This document shows, piece after piece, positions 24,314-35,355 of a stretch of DNA of 64,000 bases (positions are counted from its first letter, which is position 1; each line of letters starts with the position of its first letter). Below the pieces are notes generated by a model, which was not told the origin of the DNA, did not search any database, and saw nothing but the letters and a program-made list of their open reading frames with translations. Both the position numbers and the translations under genes were made by a program. Origin of the DNA: Zancudomyces culisetae HAW-14-8 (taxonomy: Eukaryota; Fungi; Kickxellomycota); contig JBNJNM010000012.1 in NCBI GenBank assembly GCA_052426225.1, forward strand, positions 1,116,001 through 1,180,000, given 5' to 3'.

Positions 24314-25540
24314 ATGAGCAAAGGAAAGGTATTGTTGGCATACTCAGGAGGACTTGATACCTCCTGTATTTTAAAATGGCTACTTGAGGAGGGATATGAA
24401 GTTATGGCATACATAGCCGACTTGGGACAGGAAGAAGACTTTGAAGCAGCCAGAGAAAAGGCAATACAAATAGGGGCAAGCAAGGTATTTGTAGAAGATC
24501 TCCGTAAAGAAATCGTAGAGGAGGTTATCTTCCCCACAGTGCAGGCCAATGCCATATATGAAAACGTATACTTGCTTGGAACATCAATAGCAAGACCAGT
24601 GATTGCACGCAAGCAAATAGAGATAGCCAAAAGAGAAGGCTGCCAATTTGTGTCACACGGATGTACTGGAAAGGGAAATGACCAGGTCAGATTTGAGTTG
24701 GCGTATAGAACACTCATGCCAACAATTGAGGTAATCGCACCATGGAGAGAGCCACGATTCTACCAACGCTTTGCCGGAAGAGCCGATTTGCTCAAGTATG
24801 CCGCGGAAAACGGAATCCCCGTGAGCCAGACACCAAGCAAGCCATGGAGCACAGATGAAAACATCTATCACATTTCATATGAGGCAGGAATTCTTGAAGA
24901 TCCAAATGTTACTCCACCTAAGGATATGTGGAAGTTGATAGTAGATCCAGAGCTTGCTCCAAACACACCAGAGCTTATCACAATTACTTTCAAGGAGGGG
25001 GTTCCAGTTAGAGTTGTTAATGAGGGAGACAAAACCGAAGTTACAGAGCCACTAGAACTATTTATGTATCTAAATACAGTTGCACGCAGAAACGGTATAG
25101 GAAGAATTGATATAGTAGAAAACCGATTTATCGGAATAAAATCGCGAGGATGCTACGAGACACCAGGAGGAACAATCCTCCGCAAAGCACACATGGATCT
25201 TGAAGGACTAACTATGGACAGGGAAGTCAGAGCATACAGAGACGAACATGTATCGCTGCAGTTTGGTAAGCAGCTTTACAATGGGCTCTACTTCTCTCCT
25301 GAATGCCAACTGGTCCGTTCTATCATTCCACTGACACAGACCACTGTAAACGGCGTTGTAAGACTCAAGTTATACAAAGGAAACGTCGATGTTTTGGGAA
25401 GATACAGTGACACCGAGAAACTATATGACATGGATGAGAGTTCTATGGATGTACAAGGTGGGTTCGAACCCGTTGATTCCGAGGGATTCATTAGAATCCA
25501 AAGCATCCGTCTTAAAAAATGGGGTGCAGGATTGAACTAA
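24314..25540 (+). CDS. ARG1: Argininosuccinate synthase
   Basis: Motifs LAYSGGLDTS, YLLGTSIARP, SHGCTGKGNDQVRFE and GRIDIVENRFIGIKSRGCYETPG. Confidence 0.98.
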   Translation: MSKGKVLLAYSGGLDTSCILKWLLEEGYEVMAYIADLGQEEDFEAAREKAIQIGASKVFVEDLRKEIVEEVIFPTVQANAIYENVYLLGTSIARPVIARKQIEIAKREGCQFVSHGCTGKGNDQVRFELAYRTLMPTIEVIAPWREPRFYQRFAGRADLLKYAAENGIPVSQTPSKPWSTDENIYHISYEAGILEDPNVTPPKDMWKLIVDPELAPNTPELITITFKEGVPVRVVNEGDKTEVTEPLELFMYLNTVARRNGIGRIDIVENRFIGIKSRGCYETPGGTILRKAHMDLEGLTMDREVRAYRDEHVSLQFGKQLYNGLYFSPECQLVRSIIPLTQTTVNGVVRLKLYKGNVDVLGRYSDTEKLYDMDESSMDVQGGFEPVDSEGFIRIQSIRLKKWGAGLN

Positions 25541-25810
25541 ACAGTTCTACTTTAACTTTTCCTTTTTCTTTTTCGCACTTTATTCCTTGCTGTTTTAAGT
25601 TTATTCAAATTGATATACTAATTTTGTACCAATTCTTTTTTTTTTTAAAGAAAAAGAAATAAATACCAAGTCACTAAACACAACGATACTCTTGATAAAA
25701 CATGTCCCAAAGTATGTGTCTCGGGCAGGGGGGGGGGGGGGAGACCCTCTTTCATCATTTCACCAACCGTGCCACTCCCATTGCGTTCACTCTTGTTTCA
25801 TTAAAAGTTC

Positions 25811-27706
25811 CTACTTGGATAAAGATCTAAACTCTAAAATTTTGCTAACCCAAGAATAATCCTCATCATCACTCTCATTTACAGCTGGGTGCGCGTCTAG
25901 CATACGGATGTGCTCAAAAAAGCTGGGAACCATTACTTTGTCGACAAAAAGCTCGGAGATATGAGTACAAGAACAGGAAAGTAGTGTCGATGATACTTCA
26001 AGCTTTTGCCCACTGTATTTGCCCAATGACACAGGGTCAGGTATGTGACCATCACCTTTATTGTCGAACTCCAAGGATCCTGTTGGTAAGCTGCTTGATC
26101 GAACTAGTGGTGCCAATGTTTTTTTGTTTTCAATGCTGAATGTGGATTGTGAACTTGGATCCCGGTTCTTTTGATTATCAAAGTCGGTAAAACTTGATTT
26201 GTTTTGCTGGTAAAAATCCTTACTCCGACTATACTTTGTATCTTTATTTTTCATGCGGTTCAGTCTCTTGACTGAGACGCTCCACAGCTTTGGAGGAGTC
26301 TTGTAATCGTCCCTAATAAGTAGGCTGAAAAATTCGTACAACTTGAATGTTAGATTCCCCGCACTGTTGAGTTGTTCTAGAACCATCCACTCGCTTCGTT
26401 TTCCTCTAAAAAACTTTTCAAACCTCAGCCGGTCGTTAAAAGACAGCATCTCTGTGTTCAGTAGCTGTTGGTATTCAATTATGCTATGAATATAGTCCAG
26501 TTTGTGTTTGTATTCCCTGTATTTCTGCTTTATCTTCTCCTTAATCCTAAATATTAAATTTAGTTGATAGCTTAGGTACAAATAGTCCTTTTTTGTGTTA
26601 AATGCAACACAGCGTTTCTACCTGCGAGAATATATCAACTACATGTAAACTTACAAACACGATAGTACTGAAAACCCCAAAATATAAAGAGAACTTGTTT
26701 CATACTTACACTGCAATTCTTTTTTCGCTGTATTTCGGCTCTACTATTTCGCCTAAAGTACACTCGCTAAATCCCTTTTCGTAAACTGTATACATTTTAT
26801 CCCTGGATATCGTTGATCTAGATCCATCGCAAAACAGCACCTTGTATCTTTTATCTCGCACTTTCTGCAGTACTTTTCCAGGGTAGTAGAATTTTGTGTG
26901 GTATGCTAAAACCAGTTCACCTGGGACCTTGATATTGCTATATTGTATTTAACTTCCTAAATTAATGCGTTTCATATGATTATCTCCTCGTTTAAGAAAC
27001 TGGATAAAAAGAGACAATATAAACAAAAAAAGAGACATTTCTGTATTACTTGTAAACCTCTTCATCGCTGCTCTTTCCCGAATCGTTATTTACAAGTGCA
27101 GGTAACGCCTTTATTTTGCCTATAATTGCGATTTCTTTTTCTAACGCTAGGTTTGGTATTGCAGTATTCAAATGTTATCAATTTTCATCCTTATTTGTGA
27201 GCTGGTAACCTTTTTTCTAATCTTATTAAAAAATATACATAATAAAACGAGCGTGAACAATCAAAAAAACAAAGAACTGTCAGCTCTAACTTGAAATTCT
27301 TACAGTATTCGGTTTCCTCGTGAGTGCCAGAATTTTCTGAACTCTTATCAGTTCGACACATTTTCATCGTATTATCACGAGTTTTATCAGTAGAGTTTGT
27401 AAGATTTTGATTCACCATCCGTTTGATACCAGTGTATATAGATTGTTTGCGTTCGGCAACATTCCTACGAGCAAGCTTTTTTGTTGTCTCCCCCTTATTA
27501 TTAATCAAGGTTTCTTTGTGTTCTGTTTTGCTGAAGATGTCTGATCTCCGTTTTTTTCTACAGCCGTCGTTATTATCTATACCTGTTGAGCCGTGTGGCT
27601 TTGTTTGCGTCCTGCATTTAGTCGAAACAGTCTTTATGGTGGGTTGGATGATATCTAGTGTTTTCCTCCTGATCCTAAGACTTCGCCTTAGACCATTTTC
27701 ATCCAT
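25811..27706 (-). CDS. Uncharacterised nuclear-type protein with a Tudor/PWWP-like domain, multi-exon
   Basis: Proposed exons 27706-27304, 27146-27050, 26937-26710 and 26546-25811 splice in frame. Basic N-terminus (LRRSLRIRRK); the middle exon reads PGELVLAYHTKFYYPGKVLQKVRDKRYKVLFCDGSRSTISRDKM, a Royal-family beta-barrel pattern. Confidence 0.6.
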
Positions 27707-28738
27707 TTCAATTTATTTACAAGTTGAAGGAGTTGTGCTCGTGGTGTTTTATTATATCATTATCAATGTTGTATTTTACAAAGGGCGTTTATTGTTCATA
27801 TAAAAACCTGCTACCATTCCTTAATTCCTACTATATTATTGTTTATTGTTGGAAAACAATTACACAAAAAGCAAACATATAATTCAATACAAAATAGACC
27901 AGCGAAAAAAAAACAAACTTCTCTCCATTGCCCTTCCAGAATGAAAAGCATAAACTAACAGGAAACATTTCAAGGTTTAAACAATTCTTTTTGAAGAAAA
28001 ATTCATACTATCATAGTAACGAATATTCTCCTACAGGCATGATAATATTAAAGGCCAGGTTGGAAGGTTATCTATGAACCCTATGAACCTAAACAATTTT
28101 TACCACCACCACACATCCCATTTACTCGCCCCGATGGTATGACACAGGGAAAAGATACACGGAAGAAAAGCTCGCTTCACCTTAGCGCTTGCTATGACAC
28201 AACAATAGTGGAGAATGTACCATCACATCTCCCCTAGTGTCATATTTTTCAATGTAAAATGGTATTTCAAAAAACGCTAGTATCAATCAGAGGTTTTTCA
28301 GTAAGAGAACTCGCCTTATAAGCCTTGGAATGGTTCATAGATGGTGGTTTTTGTGTTTCAAGCATCATTTCTTCGCTGTTCATGTATTTGTCTAGTTATT
28401 CTTTTTGGATAATTAAACAAAGTTCGAGTAAAAAAAATTGCGGAAATAAATCAAGGAATATCAACACAAGGATTTTTTTTGGAGCTGCTCTAGAACACAC
28501 CAATGATGTGGTAGTAAATCGGCCTAGTGCGTAATTCAGCTTTTTTTTCGAATCTAAAATTTTATTTGGTGGAAAAAAGAAATCTAATTTGCAGATAACC
28601 AAAAGGAAAAAAAAATGAAAAAAATGAACTTGTTACTTTTCTTTTTTATATACAAAATAGAAACTATTGTATAAAAAGTTTGTTTTTCGTCCGGACATAA
28701 CGAGCCTCATAAGAACAAAGGAAACAAAAGTATATAAA

Positions 28739-29668
28739 ATGACACAACCAGTTAGGTAAGTACACAACTGTTGAATTATAACATGAATTGTACAAGTACA
28801 TGTATTGCGTACTTGGTCTTTAGTCTGTGCGAATTCACTTTAGCGGCTACAAAATCGGATTCGAACGTTCAAACCAAGTGATGCTTTAAATTGAATCTGT
28901 TTTTATTGGATCTATCGAGCCTCACCTAAGGTGATATATCGGTAACAACTCGTTTTTGTTTTCAAGAATCGAAATGGATCCAGAAAGTAAAAAAAGGGAT
29001 ATTAGGGGGGTTTGTGTACAAAAAAGCACAATATCCTTTGCATTACATGTGCGTTGGTGTACAGCTTGAACTCGTATCTTAGCATACGTACTGTCAAGCT
29101 TTTTTTGTTTGGAACCTGATCTTTGATGAACGGCTGTGGTGAAAGATGTTGTGGTTTCTTACTTTAAATACCACACATTACAAATCAAGATCGAGTTATT
29201 TGCGCTTCGTTTGTTTTTTAAAGCGCGTATATTGTGAATTTTTTATTCGAAGAGGGATGGAAAAATAAATATATATTTTATTTGTGTGTCGTAAGCTGCT
29301 GGAAAGAGTTCAATGTTTTGATAGTGTCGGAAAACTAAATGAATTTATACCTAACCTGTAGACTATACTCCAAAGGCCGTTTCCTCGGTTACCAACGCGG
29401 TAAGAGAATGCAAGATGTTAACAACGCACTCGTCAAAATCGAAGGTGTGAACACAAAGAAAGACACTGAATTCTACATGGGAAAGCGTGTTGCCTACATC
29501 TACCGTGCCAAAAGAGAAATAAACGGAACCAAGATTAGAGCCATCTGGGGTCGTGTCACACGCCCTCACGGTAACACCGGTACCGTCCGTGCTAAATTCA
29601 GAACCAACTTGCCACCACGTGCTATGGGTGCATCTCTGCGCATTATGCTTTACCCATCCCGTGTTTAA
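28739..29668 (+). CDS. RPL33: 60S ribosomal protein eL33 (L35a/L33)
   Basis: Exon 28739-28755 (MTQPV-R) joins exon 29362-29668 (LYSKGRFLGYQRGKR...IWGRVTRPHGNTG.VRAKFR.NLPP...RIMLYPSRV) across a 606-nt intron with a CTAAC branch point. Confidence 0.97.
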
Positions 29669-30124
29669 ATTCGTTTACAGTAGTTTCTAAAGTATGTTTT
29701 ATTTGTCTGTTTTAAATAAAATTTATGTTGCTTATCATTCTTACTCTTTTTTTTGATATGTCTTGGCAACAACATTTTGCCAGCATTTCATGGGTATTAA
29801 CATTTTACAGATGGAAAGGCGGTGGTATGCCGTTGTAGTAATACTTTGCAAACAAAGGTGCATCGTATAGTGATGCCATGTCTTTCAAGAACTGTCTTCA
29901 CATAGCCTCTGGGCTATTTTCTCAAATGTCTTTATCTTTATTTGTGAAGCTTGGTGTGCTAAAAATAAGAGTTCCACCTCAATGACTACAAAAAAGTACT
30001 GCATAGGGACAGTTGATGCTACATTGAAGAGAAAAAAACCTACAAAAAAAAAGCAATAAAAGTACAGATAAAACAGCGGTCAGATCTAAGCAAAATAAAA
30101 CTACTCGTACGTCAACGAAATTTC

Positions 30125-30661
30125 TCAGCTCTTTCGCGAACACAACATTTCATACAACAGTAGCTGAAGCTGTATTTCTGTTGATAGTGATTCTATAACG
30201 CAGAATTGATTTTCGAATGCTTTTCTTGAGTTGAAACTACGCATCGACGCATCGGAGGGTTTATTTTTGACCGTATTTATTGATCTACACGAGTAGTTGA
30301 AGCTGGTACTCATAAAAGGTATCTCATCATCGAAACTTTCAGGAGGTTCGTTAATAACTACTTGTTCGCATAGCCCGTTTAACCTTTGCATAATCGTACA
30401 GCTCTCAGAGTTACATTCAGAATTATGATCAGAACAGTTTAACTGCATCAAATTGGTGTATGATGGAGGTGGCGACTCATAAAGTGGTAGTGGTGTGTTT
30501 GGAATGTCTGGAGAACTTCTACCTGGCGGCACAAATAGTTCTAGTATTTCTGATAGTGTGTTATTGTTTGAAAACAATGGCTCTGCGGATAGATAGGTGA
30601 AAAAGTCCATAGTTTCCTGTGTAGCTTCTATCCGGCTAACACTCACTTCGTCGTTCTTCAT
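30125..30661 (-). CDS. Hypothetical protein with PPxY-like motifs
   Basis: 178-aa ORF with protein-like composition (PLPLYESPPPSY); no family recognised, and upstream exons are possible. Confidence 0.5.
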   Translation of the reverse strand: MKNDEVSVSRIEATQETMDFFTYLSAEPLFSNNNTLSEILELFVPPGRSSPDIPNTPLPLYESPPPSYTNLMQLNCSDHNSECNSESCTIMQRLNGLCEQVVINEPPESFDDEIPFMSTSFNYSCRSINTVKNKPSDASMRSFNSRKAFENQFCVIESLSTEIQLQLLLYEMLCSRKS

Positions 30662-33057
30662 TTCTGTGTTGCTACTTTTTCTTTTCTTTATTTTTTTTCA
30701 CGTAGTTTCTCGAGGTAAGTCAAATACTGGCGTTATTCACGTATAGTGGATTATAATAATACGTTACTCATCAATTCTAAATATCATATGTCAAGGCAAA
30801 TGTCTGCACTGCCTTTTACCTGGAATCTTATTTTGATTCTTTGATTGTTGCTTTATTAGCGGTTTTCCTTTTCGATTTGACCTATTTTTAGGCTTACATG
30901 TATCACTGCTCCTATAAACCTCACTTTCATTTAATTCTTGCTACTTTAACACATTTATTACCCACAACCCTTTTTCCGTATCTGGAATGTATAAACTTAT
31001 ATGTATTGTTGTTTTTCCCACTTCATATACGCTTGTCTCTTTTAGCAAAATGTGAATATATATATATTTTATACGCAAACTGCAAAAATGGCACTATTAA
31101 ATAGGACTTTCTCTTCTTTTTTTCCTTTATTTTGTGCTGCACTCCCTTGATTAAGAAACAAAAAAAAGTCGCTGTATGTGTTTATAGTGCGTCTAGTATG
31201 TTATATTTGTTTGCCTTTATAGATATCTCTGCTCTATGTTTGGTGCATCTCGCTTTGTTTTATTCATTTGCAAATTAAAAATCGAGTTTTATAGTGTAGC
31301 TTGTTGCCATCACAATGTCCAATCATGTGCATCCGTCCTTTAAACTCATTGGCTAGATATTCATTTGATGATTAATCATGGTTATATTTAATGGCATAAT
31401 TTTTTTTCCAATATAATTCAGTTGATACTTTAGTTAGCTACAAATCACGTTTATATAATGGAGGGTTTTTTTGCTTTGCTTCCCAATGGCTAATTTAAAT
31501 GTAGCATTTGATACTCACAATTTTAATTTAAATAGCAGGATAATTATAGTGAAGCTTTGGGGTTTGGGGTTATAGGTTTTTTGTTTGGTGTATTTTAGAT
31601 AAATGGTACATGACATTCCAGCTTACAATTTCCTCTCCTTTTAGAGAGAGAGAAAGGGAAGGGGGAATGGTAAAACCGATAAAACCGGTAAAAAAATCTT
31701 CACATCTACGTTTTACCACCTAACTTCAACCTCAGCATTTTTTGGAAGGCACCTGAATATATTTTATGGGTGCTTTAAACATCACCCCTCCAAGGAAAAA
31801 ACCCCGTGATCATCGTATGTCTCAAATGTTTGATGTATGCATGTGTATACCCTTCAAGGTATAACTTGGCTGCTCGTGTTTTCCCACGTACCAAACCCAA
31901 TATGATAAAACTATTTACTTTAGTGATTTAAAGCATTATGATTTTCAGACCCGGTAAAATTTTACATATGATGGACGTAATTCCTGGCTGTTGATGCCAG
32001 CAGAGTGCACTAGAGTAATGAAAACTGGGTTGCATATACAATGCTATCTCTTCCCACCCCCCCTTTTTTTTCACCTGTTGTAGATTCTAGAGGCTGACAT
32101 TCTTTGCCCTGGTTTTTTGCTTTTTTTTTTTGAGAGGAGAGTAACAAGAATTATGCCCAAAGCAAACAAGAAAAGTGAAAACTATCCCATGTCAAACACT
32201 ACTGATATTAGGAGTGTTGAGGGAATCATGATAATTGAGTGTATAATTATTATACATAACAGAGCAAATAAGCGGGTAAGTTAGCAAATGAATGCGAAAT
32301 GCGGTTGTCATGCAAGGGATTTAAGTTTGGCTTTTGCTGCATTTCAGTCCAACTATTTGACACTCAAAATATAATTAGCTGGACCATTCATTTCAGTGTA
32401 ATTTGCGGAGCACTCCAATAAAAACTGTTTTTATCGAAGTACATGGCAGTTTGTTTACCAGCTGTTTACTAGGTTTCAAGCCCTTTTAAAAAAGACAATA
32501 TCATCATGGTATTTTATAGTTCTGCAAGACGAATAGGTGAATTCAAGCCAAGAAAAGAAGGGGATGAGGGGAGAGGGGAGGATTTGTTAGCTAAAGAATG
32601 TGAAGTGATATTCAATTTCCACAATCACGGAGACTTGTGTTCTGTTATAAAAACTTGTAAGAAAAATGTTGATATCCCTCCCCCTTCACCACTCGCATGC
32701 AAATATAAACAAATGAATATTTTTAATTGTAAAAGATGGTACATTGTCTGATAAAAAATACAGACGTGTGCGACGTTTCGACAGCTAAAAATCCTTGATC
32801 TATAATATAAGCTCTTTATTGTACGTTTTGTTCTATAAGGTGTTGTTGTTTATGATAAGAACTTAACAAAAAAGCAAGCAAGCCAAAAAAAAAAGCTTTT
32901 GTTAAAGTCTCGTAAATTATACATAGCCTAGTGTCTAGGCGGAAATGAAAAACGCATTAACCAACTAGAAAAAGTAAAATGATGCGGATCAGGTGTAGCT
33001 TCGAAACACGACCGTCGATTGCTACCACTGGTTATGGTTGCGTTTTAACACATCAAA

Positions 33058-33303
33058 CTAGAGTGAATATGTGTTGGCCTTCATTTTCTCCTTTGCAATC
33101 TTTGTTGCGAGTTCTTTGTGTTTAGGATATACCATCATACCAGAGACCGACAGCGTTAAAATAAATATAAACGTTACAATCGACAGTAATGCCTCCATAA
33201 AGGTCATTGGTAGCACGGGTTCAAAATCCACCTTGCCTATGAGCTCTGCTACAGGTTTGATTGTTCCGAGGGCATCATATATATCGAAAGTTGTGGAATC
33301 CAT
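33058..33303 (-). CDS. Small single-pass membrane protein, possibly serine palmitoyltransferase small subunit (Tsc3/SPTSS-like)
   Basis: 81 aa with an A/C-rich leader before the ATG. The pattern MTxxE-(hydrophobic helix)-G-x3-YPKH resembles the ssSPT pattern (M/L)xPxE...(Y/F)(L/M)PxH, from memory. Confidence 0.5.
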   Translation of the reverse strand: MDSTTFDIYDALGTIKPVAELIGKVDFEPVLPMTFMEALLSIVTFIFILTLSVSGMMVYPKHKELATKIAKEKMKANTYSL

Positions 33304-35355
33304 CGCTGTATTTACGTTGCGTTTGGTTTTGTTGTAGTATGTGTTATTGTACTTAACACCAAGTTTTTATTTAAATTTCAGGTTTGAACGCTTGGGCTAT
33401 GTGGGAGGGGGGGGATCATTGACTATTTATTCTATTCTGCTTTATTTTATCTTCAGAGAATGTTATTTCAATTTAAACGAGAACGGGGATTATGTTTCTA
33501 TATTGCACAAGAAATGAGCTTATACCATGATAGGCACACAATGTTCAATTAGAATTTTATTTAGACGATCTAATAATAAGCGAGCAACATACTATTTTTA
33601 GATTATTTTGTGAAACCAATGAGTGTGTTAGTGAATATATTTATCTAACATATGTTAAATATTCACTGAGATCATAAAGCCTGTTTTCCCCTCTAGTTGC
33701 ACACCACAATGTTAAAAGCCAGCGCAATTCAGTGAAAGCTTGTGAAAAAAAAATAGTTTAGCATGTTAAAGCAAGGCAAAACAATTTTAATAGTGCTGAA
33801 GAACCATATCACCCTTTCTATAGCTATCGTCCTTGCTATTGAACTGTTAGCTAATTCTTATAAATATGTTCATTTAATACCCAGTTGGATGATGGTTAAC
33901 TGGAAAAATACCGAGGGAAATTTACTGGAGTTGCACCGCTAATTTAAGCTAATAGAAACGATTTTGTGGGTACAAAGTTTATTTTTAGCTCTAATAACGG
34001 ATGGGAATAAAATTTACATAAGAGATATGCAAACATGAGGTAAGTGAAGCTCTTCATTTTGGAGGCAATTGTTAAATGCCACAAATACCATTAGATTGCT
34101 TTTTTTATAGTGCCTATAAGAAGGAGGATGATCGTGATGGATGCATATTACACAGTTTATGAGCGTTTGAGATGTAATCAACTTGCGTGGTTATGCGTGC
34201 AGAAAGTTGTAGATTGGCAAAGCGAATGCATATTATGCTTAACTGTGGGTATTGAAATCAGCTTCGGAAATCCACAGAACGCAATAAGTGAACTACATAT
34301 ATACCAGTGGTAAGCTGTACCAACATGGAGAAATAAGTATGATCTTGTTGTATGATAATAAACACCAACCATGGAGACCAATGTTTGCTAATTCCCTCAT
34401 GTTAGTGTGTATTTAGTTGATTTTGGGATGCGCAATTCGATTATGCAACATTCTGGAAATGATAGTGTAGCTTATCCATAATTGCACCGTCGGTGTTATT
34501 ATACGCTGCACATTTGTGAGCTACCACATTACCAGATAGTATGATGCCCTTTTTCTTATTACATACATTTAATTCCCGTATAGTTGACGAATAGCGCTTA
34601 GTATTGGCTGCTTATCAACAATTTCCAATATCATCCATTTTCTATTTCCTCGAAATTTTGTGGGCTTTGAATTTTTGCCAACTGATTTTTCGAACAGAAT
34701 TAACCTTAGAGACAGGTTCATCAAAAACGAACTATTCTTTAGGATTCATGCAGATCACGATTCTGAAATACATGAAATACATGAAAGACGAATTTCGTTA
34801 ATTCGAAGTGTGGCTCTAAGGCCTTTGAACGTGAATTTTTTGTGGGGGAATGGGTTAAGACTGGATTGTTTATTTCAACACACAATCAACATTACATTAT
34901 GGGGCAGGGGAATACTGAGCAAAAAAAGTTGTCTAATGAAGAATGATGGGAAGAGCAAAAAAAGCGCAAAAGACTTGAACCATACCAACAAAAAATCAGC
35001 TTTTTTTTCCCGTTTTTGCTTGATTAGCAAAAATCAGCTCCAAAAAAATTGGGTTAAACAATAAGCGGGATATAGAAGAGCTACTGAGCTTATCCATTAT
35101 GTAATCGTAATTTTTCTAGCATTTCATTGTGTAAAATATCAAGCCTCACTAAGAATGATAAAAGGGAAAGACAGGGAAAACCACCTATAAAGATAACAAA
35201 CCCATTCCTTCAGATTTGATGACTGTATAGAAAGAACCTGACAAGGAGAAAATTAAAGTAAAATATATTGATATTATTTTTTTTTCTTACCGAAAGCAGC
35301 CTGTGCATAAATTTTTATACAGTCCATACCATCGAAAAAAAACGTGAGTATACAA

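Noticed and set aside
30810-30820. TGCCTTTTACC, matching U5 snRNA loop 1
   Set aside because: The flanks do not form the U5 stem; it is better explained as chance or an antisense splice donor.
31930-32046. Possible hairpin (ACCCGGT/ACTGGGT, CTGGC/GCCAG)
   Set aside because: Stems are short and there are no box motifs; not distinguishable from chance by eye.
32506-32751. 81-aa + strand ORF ending TGA-TAA upstream of the K-turn hairpin, as a C-terminal Sec protein
   Set aside because: No selenoprotein-like motif or coding-like composition, and the hairpin lacks the SECIS apical adenosines.
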